A DNA stretch of 64,000 bases from Candidatus Kaiserbacteria bacterium (GCA_027083345.1 JALWOZ010000010.1:7301-71300), one strand, 5' to 3'. Positions 29,806-42,468 are shown, numbered from the stretch's first letter. The notes: generated by a model from the sequence alone, not told the origin. Numbers and translations are program-made.

Positions 29806-30743
29806 TGAGTAAGGTAGACAAAAAAATACAGTATCTCTTGAAGTCTCTGGGTAGAGGTATACACATGCACGTAAGAGAGAAAGAGGCTATGCGCTCACGA
29901 TTACAAGAGTATATAAGACTCAAGCCAATTAAAGTAGAAAATGTAGAGAAAAAATACATTTACATAAACTTTAAAAAGTATTTTGGATATAAATTTATAC
30001 CTGCTCTACTTATAATTATACTATTGGTTGGCTCTGGAGGAGCTGTCGCCTTTGCTTCCGAGTTAGCACTGCCAGGAGACACCCTATATGGAGTAAAAGA
30101 GTTTATTGAGGAATCTAAAGCAAAAATATTGATAAGTGATGAAGCCAAGATAAATTGGGCAGAACAAAGAGCAAAAAGACGTGAGCAAGAGGCAAAGCAA
30201 CTAGCTAAATTAGGTCGACTAAACGAGAACAATAGCAAGTTGATAGAAAATAAAATATTAAAACATAAATTACATGTACAAAAAATATTAAAAAAGATTG
30301 AGAAGCGTAATCCCGCAAAAGCCAAAATTATTAAAGCTAGACTACACAAATTAATACTAACCAAACCAAAGAGACGAGAATTGCATGACAAAAAAGGCGT
30401 TACTGAAGATCACCCGTCTTTTGTAGAGAAAGTTAAAAATAAGAGAAGTTTAAATACAAAAGATGATACCAAAAGACAAGGGATTAGACGAATTAAGATT
30501 GAGAATATTAAGAAGGATTTATTTGAAGTGCTTAAAAAACAACAAGAACAAAAACCTAAATTAAAGAACATTAATAAAAGTGAAGAGCATAAACAAAATA
30601 AAACAACCACAAGAAAACAAATTAAAGATAAGCCACTTGAACATAGAGAGGTTATAAAGCGCTCTGTTACAAATAAATTAAAAGATAGACGCAACAACAT
30701 AAGAAAAATAAAGGAGGAGAGTAATCCCCATAAAGAAGAGTAG
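29802..30743 (+). CDS. putative anti-sigma factor / membrane protein with DUF5667-like domain and extremely basic C-terminal tail
   Basis: Start overlaps the sigma stop by 4 nt. Single TM, then LALPGDTLYGVKEFIEE (a DUF5667-like PGD.LY motif). The C-terminal 170 aa are K/R-rich. Confidence 0.4.
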   Translation: MMSKVDKKIQYLLKSLGRGIHMHVREKEAMRSRLQEYIRLKPIKVENVEKKYIYINFKKYFGYKFIPALLIIILLVGSGGAVAFASELALPGDTLYGVKEFIEESKAKILISDEAKINWAEQRAKRREQEAKQLAKLGRLNENNSKLIENKILKHKLHVQKILKKIEKRNPAKAKIIKARLHKLILTKPKRRELHDKKGVTEDHPSFVEKVKNKRSLNTKDDTKRQGIRRIKIENIKKDLFEVLKKQQEQKPKLKNINKSEEHKQNKTTTRKQIKDKPLEHREVIKRSVTNKLKDRRNNIRKIKEESNPHKEE

Positions 30744-30834
30744 GTGTAAGAAAATATTATGCTTTTCGTCTATAATAATAAGCAAGGTAATATAACATTG
30801 CTAAAATTATTAATTATTAACTAAAGTAAATATT

Positions 30835-31584
30835 ATGAATAAGACATTTCCAATTATAATGCTGTTGGCCATAACTACTCTAGGAGTTGCAAATTCAGCA
30901 TCCGCAGACTCCGATATAGATGCAGACTCAACTCATCCGGGTAGAGAATTTATTAAGGAGGTTAGACAAGAGCGTAACGACTGGCTAAAGAAAGTACGTG
31001 CTGATCGTAAAACCATATACGAAGGTCGTAAAGAGGCAATAAGTCATGCTAAAGAGATCAGAGCTAACTTAAAAAAAGACGCTAGGGGCATCCGTGCAGA
31101 CTTTGTAAAGAAATATAAAGCAGCTGACACACCTGAGGCTCGTAGAGCTATACGAGCGGAAGCAAAAACTGTCAAAGCAGACTTTAAGTCAAAAGCAGAA
31201 AACGTAAGAAAAGAATTTAGATCAAAAATACAAGAGAAGTTAAAGAGTCGCCTAAGTACCATCTCTAGTAGATTAGATAATGCAATGACTAGAATATCTA
31301 GCATCATAGAGAGGATACAAACATACCTAGATAAGAAATCAGAAGAAGGGGTAGACACATCTTCTGCTCAAGAAGCGCTGAATAAAGCTGTAGACGCCAA
31401 AGACAGAGCCGTAGCAAATATACAAAAAGTTAAAGAAACCATACGAGCTATACTCTCTAGCGACAAACCTAGAGACCTTATAAGAGAGTTGCGCGCAGAG
31501 ATAAAGACAACAGTAAAGTCTATAAGAGAGACTAACCGCGCTATGAGAGAGACCATAAAAGTAATCAAAAGGATGAACTCATAG
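30835..31584 (+). CDS. secreted coiled-coil repeat protein, unknown function
   Basis: Signal peptide, then repetitive charged helical sequence (R.D..KK, IRA..K repeats). Confidence 0.35.
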   Translation: MNKTFPIIMLLAITTLGVANSASADSDIDADSTHPGREFIKEVRQERNDWLKKVRADRKTIYEGRKEAISHAKEIRANLKKDARGIRADFVKKYKAADTPEARRAIRAEAKTVKADFKSKAENVRKEFRSKIQEKLKSRLSTISSRLDNAMTRISSIIERIQTYLDKKSEEGVDTSSAQEALNKAVDAKDRAVANIQKVKETIRAILSSDKPRDLIRELRAEIKTTVKSIRETNRAMRETIKVIKRMNS

Positions 31585-31610
31585 ACTAATAAGGTAGTTT
31601 GTGGTATCTT

Positions 31611-31642
31611 ATTGCTCATAATGCACCACTATTATGAGCAAT
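31611..31642 (+). promoter_or_regulatory. perfect 12-bp inverted repeat (ATTGCTCATAAT-N8-ATTATGAGCAAT) spanning the infB start codon
   Basis: Seen directly in the sequence. The right arm contains ATG AGC AAT (Met-Ser-Asn of IF-2). Confidence 0.5.
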
Positions 31643-33142
31643 ATAGAGACTACAAAAGAGAGACCGCCTGTTATAGTTATAATGGGACATGTAGACCACG
31701 GCAAGTCTGCTCTACTTGACTACATTCGTAAAAGTAATGTTGTGGCTGGTGAGGCTGGAGGTATAACCCAGCATATTAATGCATATGAGATAGAGCATGA
31801 GTTTGAAGGTAAGCCTAAGAAGATTACCTTTATAGATACTCCTGGACATGCGGCCTTCTCTGCTATGCGTGCCCGTGGTGCAAGCGTTGCCGACATAGCT
31901 GTATTAGTTGTCAGTGCCGAGGATGGAGTAAAGACTCAAACTCTCGAGGCACTCAACTCTATCAAAAGTGCAGGTATACCATACATAGTGGCTATTAATA
32001 AAATAGACCTACCATCAGCAGACGTACAACGCACTAAGAACACTCTTGTAGAGCATGAGGTGTACATAGAGGGTATGGGTGGAGATGTGCCTTGGGTGGC
32101 CATCTCTGCCAAGACCGGTGAGGGCATACCAGAGCTATTAGACACAATGCTACTATTGGCTGAGATGGAGGAGCTTAAAGGTGATGTTACTAAACGAGCT
32201 ACTGGGGTTGTAATAGAGAGTAACAGAAGTGCCATGAGAGGTACCGCTGCAACACTAATTATTAAAGATGGTACTCTCTCATCAGGACAATTTGTAGTTA
32301 TAGGTGATGCTATGGCCCCTGTTAGGATTATGGAGGACTTTAAGGGCGAGAGGATAGAGAACGCCACCTTCTCCTCCCCTGTCTCTCTTATAGGCTTTGA
32401 CAACTCGCCAGAGGTGGGTACTACTTTCACCGTCTTTGACAATAAGAAAGACGCAACACTAGCGCGTTCAGCATATAAGACCTCTGCTGGCTCTAACATG
32501 CAAGCACTCAATGACGACGGTAAATATATAATGTCTATTATACTAAAAGCAGATGTTACCGGCTCTATAGAAGCTATAGAGCATGAGCTTAAAAAATTAG
32601 AAAGTGAACTAGTCGCTATACGCATTTTAGAGTCAGGTATAGGCTCAGTGAGTGAAGGAGATATTAAGATTGCAATAGCTAAACCTAACTCTGTAGTGCT
32701 GGGATTTAACTCCAATATAGACGCAACGGCCACAGAGGTTGCTCGACAACATGGTGTTATCATTAAAGAGTTCAACATAATATATGAGCTTGTGCAGTGG
32801 CTAGAGGCACACATAACTGAGCATCGCCCCAAGGTAGAGGTAGAGAGGGTTGTAGGCGAGGCTAAGGTACTCGCACACTTTAGTACCAATAAGCAAGCTG
32901 GCGAGACAATCCTCACCATAGGCGGTCGCGTGCTTAGTGGCCAAATGCGCAACAGTAATAAGATAAAGATATACTCTCATGATAAACAAGAGAAAGGTGA
33001 AGGTAGAATATTGACCCTACAAAGTGGCAAAGCGCCAGCCGAGAGTATAAATACAGACCAAGAGTTTGGCACTCAAATAAAGACTGAAGTAGACATACAA
33101 AAAGGCGACATACTAAAATGCATTGAGCTGATAATGGAGTAA
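31634..33142 (+). CDS. infB: translation initiation factor IF-2 (short form lacking N-terminal domains)
   Basis: The G domain starts at residue 12 ([29 protein letters not shown]). 502 aa. Confidence 0.85.
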   Translation: MSNIETTKERPPVIVIMGHVDHGKSALLDYIRKSNVVAGEAGGITQHINAYEIEHEFEGKPKKITFIDTPGHAAFSAMRARGASVADIAVLVVSAEDGVKTQTLEALNSIKSAGIPYIVAINKIDLPSADVQRTKNTLVEHEVYIEGMGGDVPWVAISAKTGEGIPELLDTMLLLAEMEELKGDVTKRATGVVIESNRSAMRGTAATLIIKDGTLSSGQFVVIGDAMAPVRIMEDFKGERIENATFSSPVSLIGFDNSPEVGTTFTVFDNKKDATLARSAYKTSAGSNMQALNDDGKYIMSIILKADVTGSIEAIEHELKKLESELVAIRILESGIGSVSEGDIKIAIAKPNSVVLGFNSNIDATATEVARQHGVIIKEFNIIYELVQWLEAHITEHRPKVEVERVVGEAKVLAHFSTNKQAGETILTIGGRVLSGQMRNSNKIKIYSHDKQEKGEGRILTLQSGKAPAESINTDQEFGTQIKTEVDIQKGDILKCIELIME

Positions 33143-33146
33143 CTAT

Positions 33147-33491
33147 ATGAACATTCAAAATAATACAAATGGACGTAGAATCAAAGTAACTGAGAATATT
33201 ATGCATCTGGCAGCCGAATTTTTTAGATTAAAAAGTAACAGAAGATCTTTGATAACAATAACAAAAGCGGATCTCTCACCTAATTTCTCTGAGTCTACAA
33301 TATACTTTACTGTGTTGCCCACAGAGTACGAGGAGGAGGCACTAAACTTTGCAAAGCGTAAGCGTCGTGAGTTTAAACTCTATGTTAAAAAGCATGTAAG
33401 TATGAAGAAGATCCCCTTCTTTGATTTTGCTATAGACGAGGGGGAAAAACATAGGCAAAGGATAGACGAGATAAGTAGGAATGTTGAGTAA
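33147..33491 (+). CDS. rbfA: ribosome-binding factor A
   Basis: 114 aa with an RbfA-like KH fold. Sits directly after infB, the canonical infB-rbfA order. Confidence 0.7.
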   Translation: MNIQNNTNGRRIKVTENIMHLAAEFFRLKSNRRSLITITKADLSPNFSESTIYFTVLPTEYEEEALNFAKRKRREFKLYVKKHVSMKKIPFFDFAIDEGEKHRQRIDEISRNVE

Positions 33492-33537
33492 TCTCGTATA
33501 CTTGCTATAATCTCCTGCACAGATTACTCTGTAATAA

Positions 33538-33609
33538 GGCTCGGTGGCGAAGTGGTAACGCTGCGGGTTGCAAACCCGCCATGCACCGGTTCGATTCCGG
33601 TCCGGGCCT
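33538..33609 (+). tRNA. tRNA-Cys(GCA)
   Basis: GGCTCGG acceptor, anticodon stem GCGGG/CCCGC with loop TTGCAAA, T-loop GGTTCGATTCC, discriminator U. Confidence 0.7.
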
Positions 33610-33752
33610 CACTAAAGTTGTAGCACGCAAACTTTAGTACCAAATGTATGATATATTATTATACATAATCATCTACCTGGATGATGCAAAAAGTATAACA
33701 GCGGTAGACATAAGAGTTCTCAGTTGTTTTTTTGCTCAAACAGGCACCCTAT

Positions 33753-33834
33753 GCCGGGATGATGAAATTGGTAGACATAAGAGACTTAAACTCTCTGGGC
33801 GCAAGCCGTGCGGGTTCAAGTCCCGCTCCCGGCA
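33753..33834 (+). tRNA. tRNA-Leu(UAA)
   Basis: GCCGGGA acceptor, anticodon stem AGAGA/TCTCT with loop CTTAAAC, long variable arm, T-loop GGTTCAAGTCC. Confidence 0.7.
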
Positions 33835-33845
33835 CATAACACAAA

Positions 33846-33876
33846 AACTGCGAAGTGTTACTTCGCAGTTTTTGTA
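33846..33876. terminator. bidirectional rho-independent terminator between convergent tRNA genes
   Basis: AAAAACTGCGAAGT-GTTA-ACTTCGCAGTTTTT: a perfect 14-bp stem flanked by A5/T5 on both sides. Confidence 0.6.
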
Positions 33877-33882
33877 ACTCAG

Positions 33883-33955
33883 TCCGCCCAGCAGGACTCG
33901 AACCTGCGACACACGGATTAAAAGTCCGTTGCTCTACCAGCTGAGCTATGGGCGG
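33883..33955 (-). tRNA. tRNA-Lys(UUU)
   Basis: Minus-strand cloverleaf with D-arm GCUCAGCUGGUAGAGC, anticodon stem ACGGA/UCCGU with loop CUUUUAA, T-loop GGUUCGAGUCC. The acceptor appears to begin with C1-G72, which is unusual, so the ends are plus or minus 2. Confidence 0.6.
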
Positions 33956-33983
33956 ATGCAAAGAATTGTATACTATTTCCTTG

Positions 33984-35462
33984 TTATTTCAATCCCTCTC
34001 TAAACAACTCAGCCAAAATACTTGGGTTTGCACTACCCTTTGTAGCCTTCATCCCCTGACCTACAAAGTACTGCAAGAGCTTCTCAGCTCCATCTTTATA
34101 CTCACCAACCTGTTTAGGGTTATCTAATATAATCTGCTCTATGACTCTCTTAAGCTCCTCCGGATCTGACTTTTGTATCAACCCTTTCTCATTTGCAATT
34201 TGTTCTGCCTTACCACCATTTTTATACATCTCTAATAATAAATCCTTTGCTCCTCTACTAGACAATTCTCCTCTATTTATCATTTGTACTATTACTGCCA
34301 ACTCTGTACCTACTACATTTGAGAGGTCTCCAACCTCATTCTTCTGCAATCCTGCCAAATCACTTGATATGTAGTTAGAGAGCTTTTTATACTCTACATC
34401 GCTACTTAACTCGTTAACAGCTTCATCAAATATCTCTCCAAATTTAGGGTTTTGTAAGTAAAAATCTATATCCTCATTTTTAATACCATAAGCTACTTTG
34501 TACCTTTCTCTCTTCTCCCATGGGAGCTCTGGCAAACTCTCTTTAAGAACATCTACACTAAACTCGGGTAAATCTGAGAATCTATACTTAGGTATATCTG
34601 GGTCAGGGAAGTAGCGATAATCATCGGCAGTCTCTTTACTACGCTGAGAGAAGGTCGCTTGCTTATTCTCATCCCAACCGCGCGTCTCTTGTATCAGTTC
34701 CCCGTCGCTCTCACCCTCGAGTATGGCAATGTGCCTGGCAACCTCAAAGTCTATTGCCTGACCCACTACTTTAAATGAATTGAGATTCTTAACCTCAGTC
34801 TTTGTACCAAGCTTGCTAAAGTCTCCATCAAAGTGGCCGTTAGTGGAGACAGAGATATTTGCCTCTATACGCATCTCGCCTTTCTCTAAGTTTGCATCGC
34901 TTACTCCAAGTGTACGCAGTAGTAATTGCAACTCCCGTGCAAATTCTATTGCCTTATCTGCAGAGTGTATAACAGGCATTGTTACCAACTCCATAAGTGG
35001 CACACTAGAGCGATTAAAATCTACAAGTGAATAATTGGTCTTATGTATTGACGTTGCCGTGTCTTCTTCCATATGAATTCTCTCGAGCTCCACACCTACG
35101 AGTGAGCCACCAGAGACAAGTGGATACTGATACTGCGAAATCTGATATGCTTTTGGAATATCCGGATAAAAGTAGTTTTTACGGTCGAACTCAGAGAAGT
35201 CTGCTAAACTGCTACCGAGTGCAACTCCTACCCTCATAACATTCTTAACCGCCTGTTTATTCACAAACGGTAATGCTCCAGGCTGACCTGTACACACTGG
35301 GCATATGTGAGTATTCGGCTCAGAATTAAATGGGTCGTTCTTGCAACGACAAAACATCTTAGTCTGCGTCTTCATCTCTGCATGTATCTCAAGTCCAATT
35401 GTCGGATAATACACCTTGCCTGTTTTGTTCCCTATTATTCCTTTGTCTTCTTGTTTTGTCAT
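33984..35462 (-). CDS. gatB: Asp-tRNA(Asn)/Glu-tRNA(Gln) amidotransferase subunit B
   Basis: N-terminal PTIGLEIHAEM...CRCKNDPF...HICPVCTGQPGALP GatB signature. Confidence 0.9.
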   Translation of the reverse strand: MTKQEDKGIIGNKTGKVYYPTIGLEIHAEMKTQTKMFCRCKNDPFNSEPNTHICPVCTGQPGALPFVNKQAVKNVMRVGVALGSSLADFSEFDRKNYFYPDIPKAYQISQYQYPLVSGGSLVGVELERIHMEEDTATSIHKTNYSLVDFNRSSVPLMELVTMPVIHSADKAIEFARELQLLLRTLGVSDANLEKGEMRIEANISVSTNGHFDGDFSKLGTKTEVKNLNSFKVVGQAIDFEVARHIAILEGESDGELIQETRGWDENKQATFSQRSKETADDYRYFPDPDIPKYRFSDLPEFSVDVLKESLPELPWEKRERYKVAYGIKNEDIDFYLQNPKFGEIFDEAVNELSSDVEYKKLSNYISSDLAGLQKNEVGDLSNVVGTELAVIVQMINRGELSSRGAKDLLLEMYKNGGKAEQIANEKGLIQKSDPEELKRVIEQIILDNPKQVGEYKDGAEKLLQYFVGQGMKATKGSANPSILAELFREGLK

Positions 35463-35464
35463 AA

Positions 35465-36886
35465 TTATCTACCTAACTTTTTAGCTATATCTAATAGTGC
35501 ATCATCATTCTCTTGCGCCGACATAAATTGTACTCCAACAGGCAACTTGCCCTCACAAACTTTTGCTGGGATTGAAATTGCACACGTTTGTGCCGTATTT
35601 GCTGTTACAGTGAATATGTCCATCAAGTATTCAGTAAGCGGATCTCCCTCCATTGAGCCAATCTTCGGCGCAACCACCGGCGCTGTTGGCGTCAGTATAA
35701 AGTCATACTTTTCATATACCTTTGCTAGTTCACTCTTAAGCTCTTCTCGTAGAGCAAGAGCCTTCTCATAATACTTATCTGCATAACCAGCAGAGAGCAC
35801 ATATGTACCAAGCATTATACGTCTCTTTACCTCATCACCAAAGCCTTGCCCTCGTGTCTTCTTATAAGTATCCCATAAGTTGTCACCATCAACTTTACTA
35901 CCATAACGCATACCATCATAACGTGCCAAATTTGATGACACTTCTGCAGGTATAAGTATATAATATATTGCCAACACTTCTTTAAGGATTGGTATATTTA
36001 TGTCCTCAACATCATAACCTTCTGTTCTTATCTTCTCTACAAATGAGTTAAACACAGCTTTAACCTCATCGCTTGATCCATCTATTAATGAGCGTGGTAT
36101 GGCTATTTTATATTTGTCTTTAGTGTTATCTTTTTGCCAAGTATCTTCTGGCAGTACTGTCATATCATAATCGTCTGTTCCTCTCATTGCCTCAAAGACT
36201 ATTTGTACATCCTCTACTGTCTTTGCTGTTGGAGAAATTTGGTCAAAGCTTGAGCCCATAGGCATTGCACCATAACGGCTCACAGCTCCGTAAGTAGGCC
36301 TCATACCCACAACTCCACAGAAACTCGCCGGCTCACGTATAGAGCCTCCTGTGTCTGTACCGAGTGCAACAAGACACATATTTGCCGCCACAGCTGCTAC
36401 TGAGCCTCCAGAGCTACCTCCAGCAATCCTGCTTGTATCTACTGGGTTTTTAGTAACACCAAATGCAGAATTCTCTGTACTTGCACCCATCGCAAATTCA
36501 TCTGTATTAGTTGACCCTAGAAATATGACCCCTTGTTTCTCTAACTTCTCCACAACTGTAGCAGAGTAGGTTGCTTTATAATGCTCTAATATTTTACTTG
36601 ATGCATTTGTTATTTGCCCCTTCTTTGCGATTATAGCCTTAAGTCCCACAGGTATACCTGTAAGCTCAGTTGCAGAGCCTTCTGCAAACATCTTTTGAGC
36701 AATCTCTACTCTCTCGTCAATATCTGTAAAAAGGTGCAAGTAAGCATTAATACCCTTTCCTTTTTTATTATCTTTCTCAATATTTGCAAGATATGCATCT
36801 ACCAAATCTCGTACAGAATACTCTCCTGCCTTAAGGGCTTTATGCGCTTCTCTAATTGTTAAGTCTTGTAAATCTATATCAACCAT
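35465..36886 (-). CDS. gatA: Asp-tRNA(Asn)/Glu-tRNA(Gln) amidotransferase subunit A (amidase signature)
   Basis: GGSSGGSVAAVAA amidase signature. 473 aa. Confidence 0.9.
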   Translation of the reverse strand: MVDIDLQDLTIREAHKALKAGEYSVRDLVDAYLANIEKDNKKGKGINAYLHLFTDIDERVEIAQKMFAEGSATELTGIPVGLKAIIAKKGQITNASSKILEHYKATYSATVVEKLEKQGVIFLGSTNTDEFAMGASTENSAFGVTKNPVDTSRIAGGSSGGSVAAVAANMCLVALGTDTGGSIREPASFCGVVGMRPTYGAVSRYGAMPMGSSFDQISPTAKTVEDVQIVFEAMRGTDDYDMTVLPEDTWQKDNTKDKYKIAIPRSLIDGSSDEVKAVFNSFVEKIRTEGYDVEDINIPILKEVLAIYYILIPAEVSSNLARYDGMRYGSKVDGDNLWDTYKKTRGQGFGDEVKRRIMLGTYVLSAGYADKYYEKALALREELKSELAKVYEKYDFILTPTAPVVAPKIGSMEGDPLTEYLMDIFTVTANTAQTCAISIPAKVCEGKLPVGVQFMSAQENDDALLDIAKKLGR

Positions 36887-36887
36887 A

Positions 36888-37187
36888 TTAATTATTTAAG
36901 ATCTTCTTAACTACGAGTAGATTGTCTTTAGTCTCTGGCATTGCTTCTAATATAGCATCTCGATGCTCCCCTGCTTTATGTGGATTGTCGTCATTACGAA
37001 AAGTATTTACATTATTAAAATTACGTTGTACATCGTCACTCAGCTCAACATCTTTAATTCTATTTACATATTGCAATATGCTAGTGAGTTGACTGGCGAA
37101 CTTCTCCATCTCTTGCCTAGTAAGCTCCAATTGTGCCAAACTTGCCAAATACTCTACCTGCCCTTTAGTTATCTTAATATCACTCAT
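36888..37187 (-). CDS. gatC: Asp-tRNA(Asn)/Glu-tRNA(Gln) amidotransferase subunit C
   Basis: 99 aa. VEYLASLAQLELTRQEMEKFASQL. Directly upstream of gatA. Confidence 0.8.
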   Translation of the reverse strand: MSDIKITKGQVEYLASLAQLELTRQEMEKFASQLTSILQYVNRIKDVELSDDVQRNFNNVNTFRNDDNPHKAGEHRDAILEAMPETKDNLLVVKKILNN

Positions 37188-37219
37188 TAAGGGCTATACT
37201 AACACTTTTACCTAAAATT

Positions 37220-37258
37220 TAAAAGCAAAAGTACGGACAATACCCGCACTTTTGCTTT
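37220..37258 (-). terminator. putative terminator hairpin after groEL
   Basis: AAAAGCAAAAGT-N15-ACTTTTGCTTTT inverted repeat (12-bp arms) with T-rich flank in the transcript direction. Confidence 0.4.
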
Positions 37259-37280
37259 TAGCTTTCTCCTGATAAGAAAC

Positions 37281-38936
37281 CTACATCATAGGCATACCTC
37301 CCCCCATACCTGCAGGCATTGCCGGAGATGCCTCATCGTCTTTAGGTTCATCTGCTATTGCTGCCTCAGTTGTTAAGAGCACCGCTGCTGCACTAGCGGC
37401 ATTTTGTATACCGGCTCTCTCAACCTTTACTGGGTCTATAATACCCTCTTTGAGCATATCTACTATCTTGGGCTCCTGAGAGTCACCTGAGGCATCAAAG
37501 CCAAAGCTTGCTCCGGCCTTAACCATCTCACTCATAAGCACCTCAGCATCATCTCGACCAGCATTAGCAACTATTTGCTTAAATGGAGCCCTTAAAGCGC
37601 CCACTAATATGCGATAACCTACACCGAACTCATCCTTCTCATTAGCCTCTTTATTCTTAGACAACTTGTCTGCAACTTTAACAAGTGCAGCTCCACCACC
37701 AGGTACTATACCCTCCTCAATAGCCGCCTTTGTAGCATTAACAGCATCGTCTATCTTGTCCTTTAAGTACTTCATCTCTGTCTCTGTAGCAGCGCCAACT
37801 CGTATAACAGCTACACCACCACTGAGCTTAGCAATACGCTCCTCTATTTTCTCTCTGTCATATTTACTATCAGTATTCTCTGCCTGGGCTCTAAGTTGTT
37901 TTACTAATTCATCTATAGCGCTCTTTTTACCTTTACCACCAACTATAATAGTCTTATCTTTAGTAGCTACTACTCTTGTTGCCTCTCCGAGCATATCTAC
38001 AGTAGAGTCCTCAATCTTCATACCCAAATCACTTGATATTACCGTAGCACCAAGCACTGTAGCAATATCACTCAATTGAGCTTTTTTATTATCTCCAAAT
38101 CCCGGAGCCTTGATTCCTAGCACATTAAATGTACCTCGCAATTTATTAAGCACAAAAGTTGTAAGTGCTTCACCTTCAATATCATCAGCAATGATCACAA
38201 TATCCTTCTTACCACTTTGGGCAAGTTGCTCTAATAGTGGCAATACATCTTTAATAGCGCTCACCTTTTGATCTGTAACAAGTACTAGCGGATCCTTCAT
38301 CTCAGCTTCCATCTTCTCTGCGTTGGTTATCATATATGGAGATACATAACCTTTATCAAACTCAAGACCCTCTACTACATCACTCTCAATACCGACTGTC
38401 TGGGACTCCTCCACCGTTACAACACCATCTTTGCCAACCTTCTCTATTGTGTCAGCTATAGTCTTACCTAGCTCAGCACTCTCGGCAGAAATACTTGCCA
38501 CAGCGACTATCTCGTCATGTTCTTTAACCTTTTTAGACATCTTCTTTAACTCCTCTACGGCATCATTTGCAGCCCTCTCTATACCACGACGTACCACTAC
38601 TGCATTTGCCCCCATGGCTGTACGCTTAAAGCCCTCCTCAGCTATGGCATGCGTAAGCACGGTTGCTGTACTTGTACCATCTCCGGCTATATCATTAGTC
38701 TTGCTTGCCACCTCTTTGATAATCTCAGCACCCATGTTGGCAAACTTATCTTTAAGCTCTACTTCTTTAGCGATAGTTACACCATCATTGGTGATTCTTG
38801 GGCCACCAAAGCTCTTGTCTAATGCCACATTACGTCCTCTTGGGCCAATTGTTACTCGTACAGCATTTGCTACTGTTGAGACACCTTTTAATAGTGCATC
38901 ACGAACCTCATTGTCAAACTTTACTTCTTTAGCCAT
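37281..38936 (-). CDS. groEL: chaperonin GroEL
   Basis: Full-length Cpn60 with C-terminal GGM tail (MPAGMGGGMPMM). Confidence 0.95.
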   Translation of the reverse strand: MAKEVKFDNEVRDALLKGVSTVANAVRVTIGPRGRNVALDKSFGGPRITNDGVTIAKEVELKDKFANMGAEIIKEVASKTNDIAGDGTSTATVLTHAIAEEGFKRTAMGANAVVVRRGIERAANDAVEELKKMSKKVKEHDEIVAVASISAESAELGKTIADTIEKVGKDGVVTVEESQTVGIESDVVEGLEFDKGYVSPYMITNAEKMEAEMKDPLVLVTDQKVSAIKDVLPLLEQLAQSGKKDIVIIADDIEGEALTTFVLNKLRGTFNVLGIKAPGFGDNKKAQLSDIATVLGATVISSDLGMKIEDSTVDMLGEATRVVATKDKTIIVGGKGKKSAIDELVKQLRAQAENTDSKYDREKIEERIAKLSGGVAVIRVGAATETEMKYLKDKIDDAVNATKAAIEEGIVPGGGAALVKVADKLSKNKEANEKDEFGVGYRILVGALRAPFKQIVANAGRDDAEVLMSEMVKAGASFGFDASGDSQEPKIVDMLKEGIIDPVKVERAGIQNAASAAAVLLTTEAAIADEPKDDEASPAMPAGMGGGMPMM

Positions 38937-38942
38937 ATTATA

Positions 38943-39221
38943 TTATTTAATTACTGCTAATAATTTATCTTCTTTAATCACATAATATTCCTCATCATCA
39001 ACCTCCACCGTGTCATATCCATACTCTGAGAAAAGCACCTTATCGCCTACAGAAACCTCTGCCTTATCTAAAGACCCAACAGAGACAACTTCTCCAAGTT
39101 GTGTACGCTCTTTAGTGTCGCTCTCTGGGAGTATTATCCCTGAGGCTGAGGCCTCTTCTTTTTTAGTAATGGGCTTTACCACCACCCTCTCTCCTAATGG
39201 TTTTATTTTAGATTTACTCAT
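38943..39221 (-). CDS. groES: co-chaperonin GroES
   Basis: 92 aa. IKPLGERVVVK...EDKLLAVI. Confidence 0.9.
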   Translation of the reverse strand: MSKSKIKPLGERVVVKPITKKEEASASGIILPESDTKERTQLGEVVSVGSLDKAEVSVGDKVLFSEYGYDTVEVDDEEYYVIKEDKLLAVIK

Positions 39222-39325
39222 AGATTTATCTATTAATCTTAATAATTAATAATTGTGGTACATATTATAATCGTTGTACCACAGTTGTCAAATTTTTAAA
39301 GTCATCTTACTAATATAATATTAAA

Positions 39326-41858
<2,533 letters not shown>

Positions 41859-41866
41859 AAATATAT

Positions 41867-42466
41867 TTAATTAGTTATCCCTGCTGTCCACTTAAATAAA
41901 TTCTCTTCTATGACAACGCGCCTGGTGTTACCTAATCTACCGGCCAACCACTGTACCTCAGCTCTTACGGTTACCTCTGCTCCATTTGATCCCGACACCT
42001 CTGTTATATTTACGAATCTTTTGAATTTGGAAGAATTCCCAACCTCATGACCATAAAAACCAGTAGTGTCGTTAAAAAGTAAATTATTACAAGAAGACCC
42101 TTCACTTGTGCTACATTGTATAAAATTATTGCTACTAGAGATAGAATCAACCATAAATGGCTCCGCCGATGTCTCATTTTGACTTTTTACATATAAACCA
42201 TTTAACCAATCTAAATTACTATTGCCCTTTATTATCTCTAATAAATTATGATCTCTCTGAGCGCGCACTGTCTCTATAGCCTCTTGAGCCAGGTGGAAGG
42301 CCACCACCTGATCTCTAGCATTATAAGCTGCCATTAAACTCTGAGCTGCCAACGTTAAGGGAGCTGCCACCGCAATAGTTAACACAGTTATAGCAACTAG
42401 AGTTTCTATGAGAGTAAAACCCTGTTTAAAATTTGCTTTACATTTTTTTGTTACTATATTCTCCAT
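41867..42466 (-). CDS. type IV pilin / pseudopilin (prepilin-type N-terminal cleavage/methylation domain)
   Basis: KQG|FTLIETLVAITVLTIAVAAPL. Confidence 0.65.
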   Translation of the reverse strand: MENIVTKKCKANFKQGFTLIETLVAITVLTIAVAAPLTLAAQSLMAAYNARDQVVAFHLAQEAIETVRAQRDHNLLEIIKGNSNLDWLNGLYVKSQNETSAEPFMVDSISSSNNFIQCSTSEGSSCNNLLFNDTTGFYGHEVGNSSKFKRFVNITEVSGSNGAEVTVRAEVQWLAGRLGNTRRVVIEENLFKWTAGITN

Positions 42467-42468
42467 AA

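Noticed and set aside
31936-32952. 338-aa antisense ORF inside infB
   Set aside because: infB on the plus strand has an intact G domain and domains II to IV. The antisense frame is Ser/Leu-rich with no motifs.
33644-33961. ORFs 33644-33877 (+) and 33749-33961 (-) across the tRNA cluster
   Set aside because: They run through tRNA-Leu(UAA), the terminator hairpin and tRNA-Lys. The translation includes tRNA-derived peptides such as AQLVEQRTFNPCVAGSSPAG, which is characteristic of spurious ORFs over tRNA genes.
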